Of a stretch of 20,375 bases of DNA, positions 1 through 9,000 are shown piece by piece. The notes beneath the pieces are model-generated. The model did no database searches. It was given only the letters and a program-made list of their open reading frames with translations, and was not told the DNA's origin. The DNA comes from Candidatus Micrarchaeota archaeon (GTDB lineage Archaea > Micrarchaeota > Micrarchaeia > Anstonellales > Bilamarchaeaceae), in the NCBI GenBank assembly GCA_043812915.1, contig JBDRLQ010000017.1, positions 1 to 20,375 of the forward strand, given 5' to 3'. Numbering within the stretch: position 1 is the stretch's first letter; every line of letters begins with the position of its first letter. Position numbers and translations under genes: made by a program.

Positions 1-128
1 TCCATGACATCCTGGCTGACAACTACTTTCCTTGCCCCATATCTTTCGAGAGTTGCCACAAGCCTATTGCTTTGGGGCTCATTGTATCTTTTGGATGCGC
101 TCCCGGTATTAAATGCCAATTGCTTCAT
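1..128 (-). CDS. Hypothetical protein, 5' part only (runs off the window edge)
   Basis: Manual translation from ATG at 128 gives MKQLAFNTGSASKRYNEPQSNRLVATLERYGARKVVVSQDVM..., open to the edge. A TATA-like TATAAAG on the minus strand (150-156) lies about 22 nt upstream. Confidence 0.55.
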   Translation of the reverse strand, partial: MKQLAFNTGSASKRYNEPQSNRLVATLERYGARKVVVSQDVM

Positions 129-140
129 AAAACAATTATG

Positions 141-161
141 ACAAATAATCTTTATATTTGT
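141..161. promoter_or_regulatory. Inverted repeat ACAAATA-N7-TATTTGT overlapping the minus-strand TATA box
   Basis: Perfect 7-bp arms at 141-147 and 155-161 around CTTTATA (150-156). Confidence 0.35.
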
Positions 162-218
162 TACTATTAGAGGATATATGTGAAAAAAAAGGAAAACTCG
201 GGCCAAGCCGTAAGACCA

Positions 219-226
219 TTTTAATA
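219..226 (+). promoter_or_regulatory. Putative TATA box for tRNA-Phe
   Basis: TTTAATAA ending 26 nt before the tRNA 5' end. The same octamer lies upstream of purP on the minus strand. Confidence 0.5.
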
Positions 227-252
227 ACATTTGCCTCAAAGGATTGAACCAT

Positions 253-324
253 GCCGCGGTAGCTCAGTGGGAGAGCACTCCGCTGAAGACGGAGGGGTCG
301 CTGGTTCAATCCCGGCTCGCGGCA
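253..324 (+). tRNA. tRNA-Phe (GAA)
   Basis: Cloverleaf: acceptor GCCGCGG/TCGCGGC, D arm GCTC/GAGC, anticodon stem CTCCG/CGGAG with GAA at 285-287, T arm GCTGG-TTCAATC-CCGGC. CCA is not encoded and a T-rich tract follows. Confidence 0.97.
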
Positions 325-376
325 TTTCTATTTTTCCCCAAGATGGGGGGTAGCCTCAAGCGCCTGGCATATCTCT

Positions 377-1072
377 CTATTTGCCATATCTCCTTTTCCT
401 TCTTGAGAACTCGTCAAGGGCGGCCTGGAAATCCTCCCTTGAGAACTCGGGCCACAGCTTATCGGAGAAATAGAACTCGCTGTAGCAAGCCTGCCACGGC
501 ATCAGCCCGGAAAGCCGCTTCTCTCCGGAAGTCCTTATCACAAGGTCCGGATCCGGAATGCCGCGGGTGTAGAGATGCTCACCTATGAGTTTTTCATCAA
601 CCTCCCTGGCACCCTCCCTTATTGCCTCGTTGACAGCATCGATTATCTCCTCCCTGCCACCGTATGAGAGCAGGAGATTGAGCTGGAACGGGCCGTTATT
701 CCTGCTTTTCTCCTCTATCTTTTCGAAAAGGTAGGCAATGTCCTTGGGGAAAAGGTGCTTCCTCCCAAGGAACCTTATCCTGACCTTGCTCTGCTCATCG
801 TCCTTCTGGGTAAGATCCTGCAGAAGGTTCTTCTTGAAAAGCTCGAAGAGGCCCTGCACCTCATCCTTGTCTCGCTTGAAGTTGTCGGTGCTAAAGCCCC
901 ACATGGTTACGATTTCCACGCCGGCGTCACGGCACCACTCAAGCACCTCGCCGATATGGTCTATTCCGATGCGGTAACCCTCGTTCCTGCTGATTCCCTT
1001 TTCAAGGGCCCACCTCCGGTTTCCGTCTGGTATGATGGCGATATGCTTTGGCAGAATTCTTTCTTCGGTTAT
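377..1072 (-). CDS. uppS: Cis-prenyltransferase (undecaprenyl/polyprenyl diphosphate synthase)
   Basis: Motifs PKHIAIIPDGNRRWA (in frame, upstream of the ORF-track start at 946), FSTDNFKR, SYGGREEI, DPDLVIRTSGEKRLSG, LWPEF and RRYGK. Start placed at ATA 1072 (CTG 1075 is the alternative) after SD GAGGTG. Confidence 0.93.
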   Translation of the reverse strand: MTEERILPKHIAIIPDGNRRWALEKGISRNEGYRIGIDHIGEVLEWCRDAGVEIVTMWGFSTDNFKRDKDEVQGLFELFKKNLLQDLTQKDDEQSKVRIRFLGRKHLFPKDIAYLFEKIEEKSRNNGPFQLNLLLSYGGREEIIDAVNEAIREGAREVDEKLIGEHLYTRGIPDPDLVIRTSGEKRLSGLMPWQACYSEFYFSDKLWPEFSREDFQAALDEFSRRKRRYGK

Positions 1073-1082
1073 CAGAACACCT

Positions 1083-2123
1083 CTAGTGGACTATCTCCTG
1101 CAGCCGGTTAAGCTTCTTTGCCAGCTTGAGCTCCCTGGCAATCCTTCTTCCGGTGCTCATCGGCTCATCATAGTAATATGTGGAATAAGGAGAGCCGTCT
1201 GGATAGACATTGGTTCCAGCAACAATCCTCGCGCTCACCTCGAAGACGAATATCTCAAGATCCTCAGTGATGATGGTCTCCACGCAGAATGGGCCGAATA
1301 TGCCCCCAAACAGGTCGAACGAGGCTTCGCTCACCTTCCTTCCGATTTCCATATATTCAGAAAGCAGCGATTCCCTCAGTACCATCGGCTCGTTGCCGAC
1401 AACCGTGAATGCCAGCTTAGGCTTCAGGCCGACTGAGACCGCTCTTGCAATCTCATCAGCGCTGCTCTCAACACGCGTGTCAACACCAAGAAGCTCAATT
1501 CTCCCATCCCTGGTCCCGTATCCGATATCAGAAAATGGCGAGAAGAAGAAATGCGGATATGCACGGACCCCGATAATGAATTCCTGGATCATGCAGGGCC
1601 GATTTCCGACTTTCTCCTCGAATTCCTTGTGGCTGTTTACAATCAGGTATCCCCGACCGCCTTTTGCTCCGGGGAATTTCACTAGCGCGGGGCCGTCCAC
1701 TTCCTCCGGCTTGAGAATCTGGGGTTTTTTCAGCCCGGCCTTTTTCATCCACTCGAACATCTTCTCGCGGCTCCTTTCCCACATGACGCTCTGCCTGTTT
1801 CCGAAAACCGGCGCCCTCATCGTGTCGAATGATATCCCGGTATATTCCACGAATGAGCCGTGGGGTATCACGATGGCGCTTTTCTCGACCAGCTCCTGGT
1901 CGGGGATGTCCTCGTAACTCTCTACCTCGATGAATTCATCCGGCCTCGCAAGCGGGAAGGATTCGTAGAACTTTCTCTTGTCCTTGCGGACTATCCCAAT
2001 GGTCTTTATGCCCTCTACCCGTGCTCCTTTGAAAATCTGCAGTGAAGAATGAGAACAGATTGTTGCTATCTTGAAATCCTGGTAGTTGGATAGAGTTTCA
2101 TCTATCGTCTTCTTGTCAAGCAT
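1083..2123 (-). CDS. purP: FAICAR synthetase PurP (formate-dependent, ATP-grasp)
   Basis: IATICSHSSLQIFKGA, IPHGSFVEY, PVFGNR..WER, GAKGGRGY loop, VVGNEPMVLRESLL, GPFCVET, FEVSARIVAGTN and MSTGRRIARE are characteristic of archaeal PurP. Confidence 0.92.
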   Translation of the reverse strand: MLDKKTIDETLSNYQDFKIATICSHSSLQIFKGARVEGIKTIGIVRKDKRKFYESFPLARPDEFIEVESYEDIPDQELVEKSAIVIPHGSFVEYTGISFDTMRAPVFGNRQSVMWERSREKMFEWMKKAGLKKPQILKPEEVDGPALVKFPGAKGGRGYLIVNSHKEFEEKVGNRPCMIQEFIIGVRAYPHFFFSPFSDIGYGTRDGRIELLGVDTRVESSADEIARAVSVGLKPKLAFTVVGNEPMVLRESLLSEYMEIGRKVSEASFDLFGGIFGPFCVETIITEDLEIFVFEVSARIVAGTNVYPDGSPYSTYYYDEPMSTGRRIARELKLAKKLNRLQEIVH

Positions 2124-2166
2124 GTAATATATTGAATTTCTGGTTTATTAAATTTACTGTTTTTCC

Positions 2167-3285
2167 TTATTCTGAATATTCCCTCTCTTTGAGCCCGAAC
2201 CAGACTGCATGAACTGCCTTCTTGCTTCCATCCATGTTCCGCAATGCGACTGTCCCGACGGCCTCATCAGACACAGAACCGGCAACCCCCTCAATCAGCG
2301 TATCATGCAGGAAGAGCCAGTTGACCATCTCCATGTCCATGCCATCCGTCCTCTCGAGGAACACTTCCAGGAAGCGCTTCTGCTCCATCTCCGAACTTCC
2401 GACATCTTCGGCGGACGGCCATCCTATTTCAGTAAAGGCGATCGGCTTGCCGGTGTGCCGGCTTAGCCTGGAATAGTAATCAGCGCCGATTCCATCCGGA
2501 TTTTCAAAGTGATGCCATGGGTAGGTTGTCAGCCCAATCAGGTCAGCCCTGCCATCAAAATCCTCAATCATGTCCCACTGCCCGTTGTCAATGAGGTGGG
2601 TGTAGGAGAAAACTATGAACACTTTCGTTTCTGGTGAGACCTCCTTTATCTCAGAATAAGTTTCCCCAAATAGAGTTAGATATTCCGGGTACTCATCAGG
2701 GTTAAGGATGAAGTAGTCATTGATTTCATTTCCAAGTGACATGTACTGGGGGCGGAACTCATCAGCAATGCTCCTTGCCTCCATCTTGTATAGCCTCCTG
2801 AACTCTGGGTCGGCAAGGCTCGGTTCAACTCCTTCAGGCGCATCGATTACGTACTTGAGCCCCTCTCCATGGACTTCCTTTATGGTTGCGAAGCTGAGGG
2901 TTATCACAGGCTCAAGGCCATACAGCCTTGCGCCCTCAACTGCCCGCGTCTCCCTTATCCTATTATACTGCCCGATTCCCCCCGGATTGGTCCAGAGCAT
3001 GGTGACTTCGGCGATTTGCTTCGTCTCGTTGTAAGCCTCGACAACCTCTTCCCAGCCGGCATCAGCCCCTCCCTTCGGGTTCGGGACCACCCCCACATAA
3101 AAAGAGCGGGAATCCCCCTCCAGCGTTTCTGCAGGTCCGGGCCCAGCAATTTGTTCCGGCTGCCCAGCCGCAGGAGCCTCTGCCGGAGGCTCGGGAACAG
3201 CAGGAGCTTCAGGCTGAGAGGTTTCCTGCACACAGCCTGAAAAAAGAATAATGCAAACGGCAACGAGTGCGGGTGCAACCCTCAC
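2167..3285 (-). CDS. Lipoprotein with clan GH-A-like glycoside hydrolase (TIM-barrel) domain
   Basis: Signal peptide with lipobox LFSGC, a Pro/Ala/Glu linker, LGNEIN (acid/base-like) and AFTEIGWPS (nucleophile-like). The GTG start overlaps the upstream TGA and lies 5 nt after SD GAGGTG. Confidence 0.7.
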   Translation of the reverse strand: MRVAPALVAVCIILFSGCVQETSQPEAPAVPEPPAEAPAAGQPEQIAGPGPAETLEGDSRSFYVGVVPNPKGGADAGWEEVVEAYNETKQIAEVTMLWTNPGGIGQYNRIRETRAVEGARLYGLEPVITLSFATIKEVHGEGLKYVIDAPEGVEPSLADPEFRRLYKMEARSIADEFRPQYMSLGNEINDYFILNPDEYPEYLTLFGETYSEIKEVSPETKVFIVFSYTHLIDNGQWDMIEDFDGRADLIGLTTYPWHHFENPDGIGADYYSRLSRHTGKPIAFTEIGWPSAEDVGSSEMEQKRFLEVFLERTDGMDMEMVNWLFLHDTLIEGVAGSVSDEAVGTVALRNMDGSKKAVHAVWFGLKEREYSE

Positions 3286-3920
3286 TTCTTCACCTCTTTC
3301 CGGTATTCAAAATATGAGTATAAGGACAGGCCGATGGATGAGGCGATTATTGGCACGATTATCATCCATATGTAGTATTCAGGAACGAATATGCCCATAA
3401 GCGCAATCATGCCGGATAGCTTGAAGAGCGCCGCGCCAAGCTTGTGCGTCTTTTCCCATACCCTGTCGCTGCTCAGTGTCCATGGGGTCCGGATTCCGAT
3501 GAACCAGTTCTTCTTGATTTTGTCGAACAGGAAACCAAGGTATATGAAAAGCAGGCCGATTCCTATCGGCATCGTGATATTGAAACTTATCTCATTTCCC
3601 ATGTTCCAGAGGATTATCTGCAGGTAAACCGCAAGCATATAGAGCAGGAACACGAACATGAAGCCCTCATAATGCCCCCTGAATTTCTCGATGTTCTTCT
3701 TGAGCGGGTCTATCCTGGGGACTGCAAGCAGCATAAGCGTAATGGCGATTGCCATGAGAGGCACCAGGAACAGCCCCCAGAAAGTATCCGTGTACCCGTT
3801 AGCCTCCCCCTGCGCGTTCCAGTGGTCCGCCATTCTATCTGGCATCTGCGGATAGAAATACGCTCCTATCGCAAGGAACAGGAGGGCAAACAAAAGTATC
3901 AGGATTTCATTTCTTCTCAT
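3282..3920 (-). CDS. SdpI-family membrane protein (DUF1648 + SdpI)
   Basis: About 6 TM segments, PDRMADHWNAQGEANGY and NWFIGIRTPWTLSSDRVWEKTHK. Start placed at ATG 3920 (MRRNEILILLF); the longer ORF-track extension overlaps glmU. Confidence 0.88.
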   Translation of the reverse strand: MRRNEILILLFALLFLAIGAYFYPQMPDRMADHWNAQGEANGYTDTFWGLFLVPLMAIAITLMLLAVPRIDPLKKNIEKFRGHYEGFMFVFLLYMLAVYLQIILWNMGNEISFNITMPIGIGLLFIYLGFLFDKIKKNWFIGIRTPWTLSSDRVWEKTHKLGAALFKLSGMIALMGIFVPEYYIWMIIVPIIASSIGLSLYSYFEYRKEVKK

Positions 3921-4023
3921 ATATATCGCCAGCATACCTTCCCGCTCAAGATAATTAATCTTTCTGAAAAATGGCAAAACCTTAAATTGTGTTGTTGGCA
4001 TATTTTTTCTTGGGAGATTCACA

Positions 4024-5250
4024 ATGAAAGCGGTAATAATGGCAGCCGGGGGCGGGGTCAGGCTAAAGCCCCTCACAGAAACCCGGCCAAAGGTCCTTCT
4101 GCCTGTTGCAGGCAAGGCAATCATCCATCATCTTATCAACGAAGCCCGGGAGGCTGGCATCACAGAGGCAGTGATAGTAGTGCGCTCAATGAAGGATAAG
4201 ATAATCGAATACTTCAGGCAGAACAATCCTGGAATCCCATTGAAATTCGTGGAGCAGGGCGAGCAGAACGGCACTGCCGCGGCGATACTTGCAGCTGAAA
4301 ACGAAATCAAGGACACCTTTGTTGTGCTTGCAGGAGATACCATCACCGAGGCCAAGGTGATAAGGCAGGTGATTGAAGGCCACAAGGGGAAAATCACGCT
4401 TGCGGTAACCAAGGTAAGCGCCCCTCAGCATTATGGAGTGGTTGAGCTCTCCGGGGACACAATCTCGCTTTTTGAGGAGAAGCCGAAGCACCCTAGGAGC
4501 GAACTTGCCAACATGTCAATCTACTGCATGGAGCCGACCGTGTTCAGCGAAATCAGGACAATACCAAAATCAGAGCGCGGCGAATATGAGATTGTAAATC
4601 TCTTTATCGGCGCGAAGGCGGTCATCACTGACGGATACTGGAAGGACATCGCATATCCCTGGGAATTGCTGGCCGTCAACGAGCATATCCTGGATAAGCT
4701 CGACCACCAGAGCGGCCACATAGAGAATTCAACCGTCAATGGAAAGGTAATCATGGAGGAAGGCGCCAAGATAATCAACAGCTTTGTGGAGGGCGTCGCC
4801 TACATCGGAAAGAACACTGTGATTGGCCCGAACGCGTATCTGCGCGGCCACAATTCCATCGGAGCCAACTGCCACATCGGCGAATCCACAACAATCAAGA
4901 ACAGCATCATCTTCGACAATGTAAATGCCAAGCACCTTGCGTATATCGGGGATAGTGTTGTAGGCGAGGGGGTGAACTTCGGCTCAGGCACCCAGCTTGC
5001 CAATTTCAGGTTTGATGAGGGCGTGGTGAATGTCCAGACTGAGAGGGGCTGGGTGAATACTGGCAGGAAGAAGCTTGGCGCCTTTGTCGGTGACAACACC
5101 AAATTCGGCGTGCTCTCATGCACAATGCCTGGAAAACTTATCGGGACCAACTGCTGGATAAATTCGGGCGTTGTTGTGAACAAGAACGTCCCTTCCAATT
5201 CACGGGTATATGTAAAGCATGAGATTGCCTTTGCGAGGCAGGGTGAGTAG
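4024..5250 (+). CDS. glmU: Bifunctional sugar-1-phosphate nucleotidyltransferase / acetyltransferase (archaeal GlmU type)
   Basis: N-terminal AVIMAAGGGVRLKPLTETRPKVLLPVAGK, FEEKP and SERGEYE. C-terminal hexapeptide repeats with HLAYIGDSVVGEGVNFGSGT and GRKKLGAFVGD. Confidence 0.85.
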   Translation: MKAVIMAAGGGVRLKPLTETRPKVLLPVAGKAIIHHLINEAREAGITEAVIVVRSMKDKIIEYFRQNNPGIPLKFVEQGEQNGTAAAILAAENEIKDTFVVLAGDTITEAKVIRQVIEGHKGKITLAVTKVSAPQHYGVVELSGDTISLFEEKPKHPRSELANMSIYCMEPTVFSEIRTIPKSERGEYEIVNLFIGAKAVITDGYWKDIAYPWELLAVNEHILDKLDHQSGHIENSTVNGKVIMEEGAKIINSFVEGVAYIGKNTVIGPNAYLRGHNSIGANCHIGESTTIKNSIIFDNVNAKHLAYIGDSVVGEGVNFGSGTQLANFRFDEGVVNVQTERGWVNTGRKKLGAFVGDNTKFGVLSCTMPGKLIGTNCWINSGVVVNKNVPSNSRVYVKHEIAFARQGE

Positions 5251-5688
5251 ATATATATCATTGCCGGGGTGGATGCCGGAATAAAGACGGGCTATGCCCT
5301 GCTTGATTTGAATGGGGAGCTTGTTGCCAGCGGCTGCGTGAAGGAAGCCGGGGATGAGGAACTTGTCAGGTTGATTTCAGAAGTCGGCCGGCCGGTAGTA
5401 ATAGCCGCGGACACTTCACCACCCTCCCATTTTGTCCAGAAAATCGCGGCAAGGTTCACCGTGAAAGTCTTCTATCCGAAAGAGAGCATGACGCAGCAGG
5501 AAAAGAGGGAAATCGGGAAAGGGATTGTCAATCCGCACATACGCGACTCATATGCAGCGGCGATAAAGGCATACCGGAATTACGCCAACAGGCTCAGGCA
5601 GATAGATGCCATGGCTGCAAAGAACAAGGATGAGCTCAAAAAGATGGCCATTGTTGGTAAACGGATTTCGGATGCCAAGGAGCAATAG
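5251..5688 (+). CDS. Short DUF460-like protein (RNase H-like fold)
   Basis: IYIIAGVDAGIKTGYALLDLNG, PVVIAADTSPP..VQKIAA.F, PKESMT..EK and NPHIRDSYAAAIKAY resemble the DUF460 N-terminal domain. The first strand begins before GTG 5269, so the start is placed at ATA 5251. Confidence 0.75.
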   Translation: MYIIAGVDAGIKTGYALLDLNGELVASGCVKEAGDEELVRLISEVGRPVVIAADTSPPSHFVQKIAARFTVKVFYPKESMTQQEKREIGKGIVNPHIRDSYAAAIKAYRNYANRLRQIDAMAAKNKDELKKMAIVGKRISDAKEQ

Positions 5689-5767
5689 TTAAAAAACAAA
5701 TACCAGCATCATTAGTCTTGCTTTTTTCTTTTGTTCTTCCATTTGTCGGAGAACAGTTGCTTTCATC

Positions 5768-5851
5768 GCAGGGGTCGCCAAGTGGTCAAAGGCGCCAGGT
5801 TCAGGGCCTGGTCGGTTAGTCCGTTCGAGAGTTCAAATCTCTTCCCCTGCA
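5768..5851 (+). tRNA. tRNA-Leu (CAG)
   Basis: Acceptor GCAGGGG/CCCCTGC, anticodon stem CCAGG/CCTGG with CAG at 5802-5804, long variable arm, T arm GAGAG-TTCAAAT-CTCTT. CCA is not encoded. Confidence 0.96.
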
Positions 5852-6002
5852 TCCTTTTCCTCATTCAAGGCGTTCCCAAACATATCAGCTCTTTTTCGCC
5901 AGAACTATTGTTATAGTATAGTAAAGTAAAGTGGAGCCTGGTGCCCCTGCACGTTTCCGCCATTTCCGCGCTTCAAACCCAAAAACTCACTGAGAAACAC
6001 TA

Positions 6003-6030
6003 TTTATAAGCATTTTGCTCTAAATTAGCA
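6003..6030 (+). promoter_or_regulatory. Putative promoter of the large orphan gene (TTTATA ... ATTAGCA)
   Basis: TTTATA at 6003-6008 with a purine-rich upstream element, ending 27 nt before ATG 6036. Confidence 0.55.
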
Positions 6031-6035
6031 CTAGG

Positions 6036-9000
6036 ATGCGTGGTAAAATGTCGAAAAGAGGGAAGGGACCTACAAGGTTGACTAGCACTGACGTTCATGG
6101 CGAGGGCCAGGGAAACCATTTAAATGCTTCAAGGGGTAGAGAGACTGCAAGGAGATACTTGTCCAGGTTGGGCACACATCTCCTTGCGGCTACCTTAGGG
6201 GTTGGTACATTTATGTCCGGCAATATTCCTATGCTTGAAATCAGGGGGGCGAGGGCTGAGCAGGCCCGCCCAGGCAGGATACAGCAGATTATGCAGAGGC
6301 GTGAGGCCTTTGACCAGGCCGTCACGGCGCTCAACCGATGGTTCGAGACGAACTTCGGCCCTGGGGGCGACATGGAAGACATGCAAGCCCAGATAAGAAT
6401 GAATCCACCTGGAGGGGATCCTCTTTTATCTAATCTTATTGACGCAACCGCAGCGCTTTACGAATCAATGGGCCATCCAACCGGCATCCCGGCAAGGGGA
6501 GACTTTGCCGCAAGGCTGGCAGCATTCAATCAGTGGATGGGAGGGAGGCTTGGAGCTCCGAGGGCAGCCGACGCCCCGCTGCGGGCAGAAGAGCTTCGGG
6601 CCCCGGCAGCCGGGCAGGCAAACTTATATTCAATAGCAATCCGCGATTGCGATGACGCAACTACTGTGGCAACTGCGGTCGGCGCCCTTGCTGAGCTGGC
6701 AGACCAGCGCGCAGCGGCAAGGCCGGCAACTGAGCCGCAGCCAAGGCCTGTGGAGCCTCCGACGGTTGCAGAGGTAGTCCCAAGGGTTCTTCCACAGCCG
6801 CAGCCAAGGCCCACGGTCGCTCCTCCAATCCAGCCTCCAGTAACGGCTACTATCACAGAGCCTCAGCCAAGACCCGCAGTATCCCCGCCGCCGGTCGTAG
6901 CAGCGCCTCAGCCCACAATGACAATCGCTGTGGATTCAGCTGAAGAGCAGGCGAGGCTGCAGTCAAGGCTGGCAGAAGCGATATCCATCGGGACCGACAC
7001 TCTTGGTATAATTTCCAGCTCTACAGGCGGACCGGCGGCATTCCCGAGCGATATGGCCCAGAGCCTTACCGGCGAACTGACCGGCAGGCTCAGAAGGGCA
7101 AGAGGGACTTTGGAAGCGCATAGGGAAGCTAGCACCCCACTTACGGCAGAGTATGTCGAGAATGTCTATGAAGGCCTGAGAAGGTTCTCAGAGACAACAG
7201 CGATGATTCTGACTCTTTGGAGATATTCCCGTGACAACCCTCCGACCGGAGACGATGCCGAAGCGCAGGCGGCGGTGGTCAGGGATAATTTCCAGATGGC
7301 AGTATCAACCCTCACTGACATGAACTATAATCCGTTTACAAACTACCCGCCCGAGTTGCGCGCAACACTGGCAGCTGATTATGGGGTTGCAAGGGAAAGG
7401 ATAACCGGAAGGGTTGAGCTCGCGGATGCGCTCACCGAGGTTGCCGCAAGGGCAGGAGCCCCGGAAACAATCCGGACCGAAGCTACCCAGCTTGCAGCGG
7501 TTCTCCGCTCAGGCCGCGCACCGAGGGGTCAGGACATGACCTCGCTTGGGAGGCGGGGCAATGAGCTTCTGGTCGAAGCAGACCTTCTGCGTTCCTGGGA
7601 GTTCAGGTATGACGAGGCTGGCTATCTGGCCTTCAGGGGCGTCATCGGCTCAGCTCCGCAGCTTGATGCTGCTGGGGAGAGGGCCGTGACCGCAATCGGC
7701 GCCCAGTTCGGCGCCCTATCCAGGCTTTCTTATTATTATGCCGATCTTGTCCGCAGGACATACCGTGTTGATGAGGACCGGACAGACCTGGAAGCGACTT
7801 CCGGGGCAAGAAGGCTGTCACTATCTGTTGAAAGGCTCCAGGAGACCAATGAGCTTCTGCTTGAGGCGATAAGGATTGCGCAAGCCAGCGGAATGGCAGC
7901 GGACATGGTCGTTACCAGGCGCATCGGGCGCGAGGATGTTAGCATCCCGGTCGGCCAGGCACTTGCCGACTGCCAGGCGCTTTCGGCAGCTGCAACAGCG
8001 ATGCTTGAAAGGATCCATCCGGCAGATGAGGATGCAAGGCCGGCCGAGCTTTCTATCGAGGATACAATGGCTGTTTCCGAGCTCTCGGACAGGATGTCTA
8101 ATGCATTCTCAGGACTGCTTTCAATCGGGGCAGCATCAAGATTCTACAATGAGCGGGCGCACTTCTCATCCGCAAGCGATGAGCAGCAGCAACTCGCATT
8201 CCAGAGGCTCAGCCTGGCGATGGAATACTTCACCGCCAGCTTCGGGGAAGTCGGGGATTCTATGATAGAGTACCCGGCGCTTTCGACAGCACTCGCACTC
8301 GGCGCTATGGAGACGCTTTCCCCTGCTGCCATGCAGCTTGCGATTGCCCATAGGGTGAACACCCTTGCCCATGTTTCCGGAAGGGTGAGATACGCAGTTG
8401 AAATCACGAGGCTGCAGGAAGATTTGCAGACCGCCCGTGATGAGGAGGATGAGGCATGGGTTGCAGAGCTCGAAACCGCACTGGAGGAAGTGGAGGAAGC
8501 AAGGGCCGATGTTATCGACAATTACACCGACTATGTCAGCCGCCAGACTGCCCGTGAAGCCGATTTCTTCAGGCTTATCGCAAGCCTCAGGGAGGATGCC
8601 GACTTTGGTGTCTCCCCAGCACATATCCGGGGAACCAGGTCAGGCTCCAGGCTCGCTGACATGCTTCTTGACTCAAGGCATGGAAGGATAGAGATTCCGG
8701 ACATGTTCGTTCGGCCAAGCGCACTGGCAACGCAGATTGACACGAACCTTGACCAGGAGCTTCTGCCCCATCGGAGGAGCGAAGGCCATGTGGTGGACCG
8801 CGCCGGAAGCGTCTTCGGAGAGGTCGAGAGGCAGAGGAGAATCCGCCAGGATGTGCGGATGCCTGAAGTGCTAAGGACCGATTTATCAGGCCTTGGCATA
8901 GAAGGGTTCGAGCAGGTTGATATTGACGCTTTCAATACAGCCCTTCGGGAGATGGCAGAATCATATGGGACTGATGCGACCTACGCGCAGATAAGTGCCA

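Noticed and set aside
244..588. 114-aa ORF, and similar ORFs at 5731-5916, 20010-20243 and 20086-20322
   Set aside because: They overlap tRNA genes and/or the antisense strand of real genes and are shadow ORFs.
3921..4124. N-terminal extension of the SdpI ORF
   Set aside because: It overlaps the divergent glmU start and promoter region and has no SdpI-like character.
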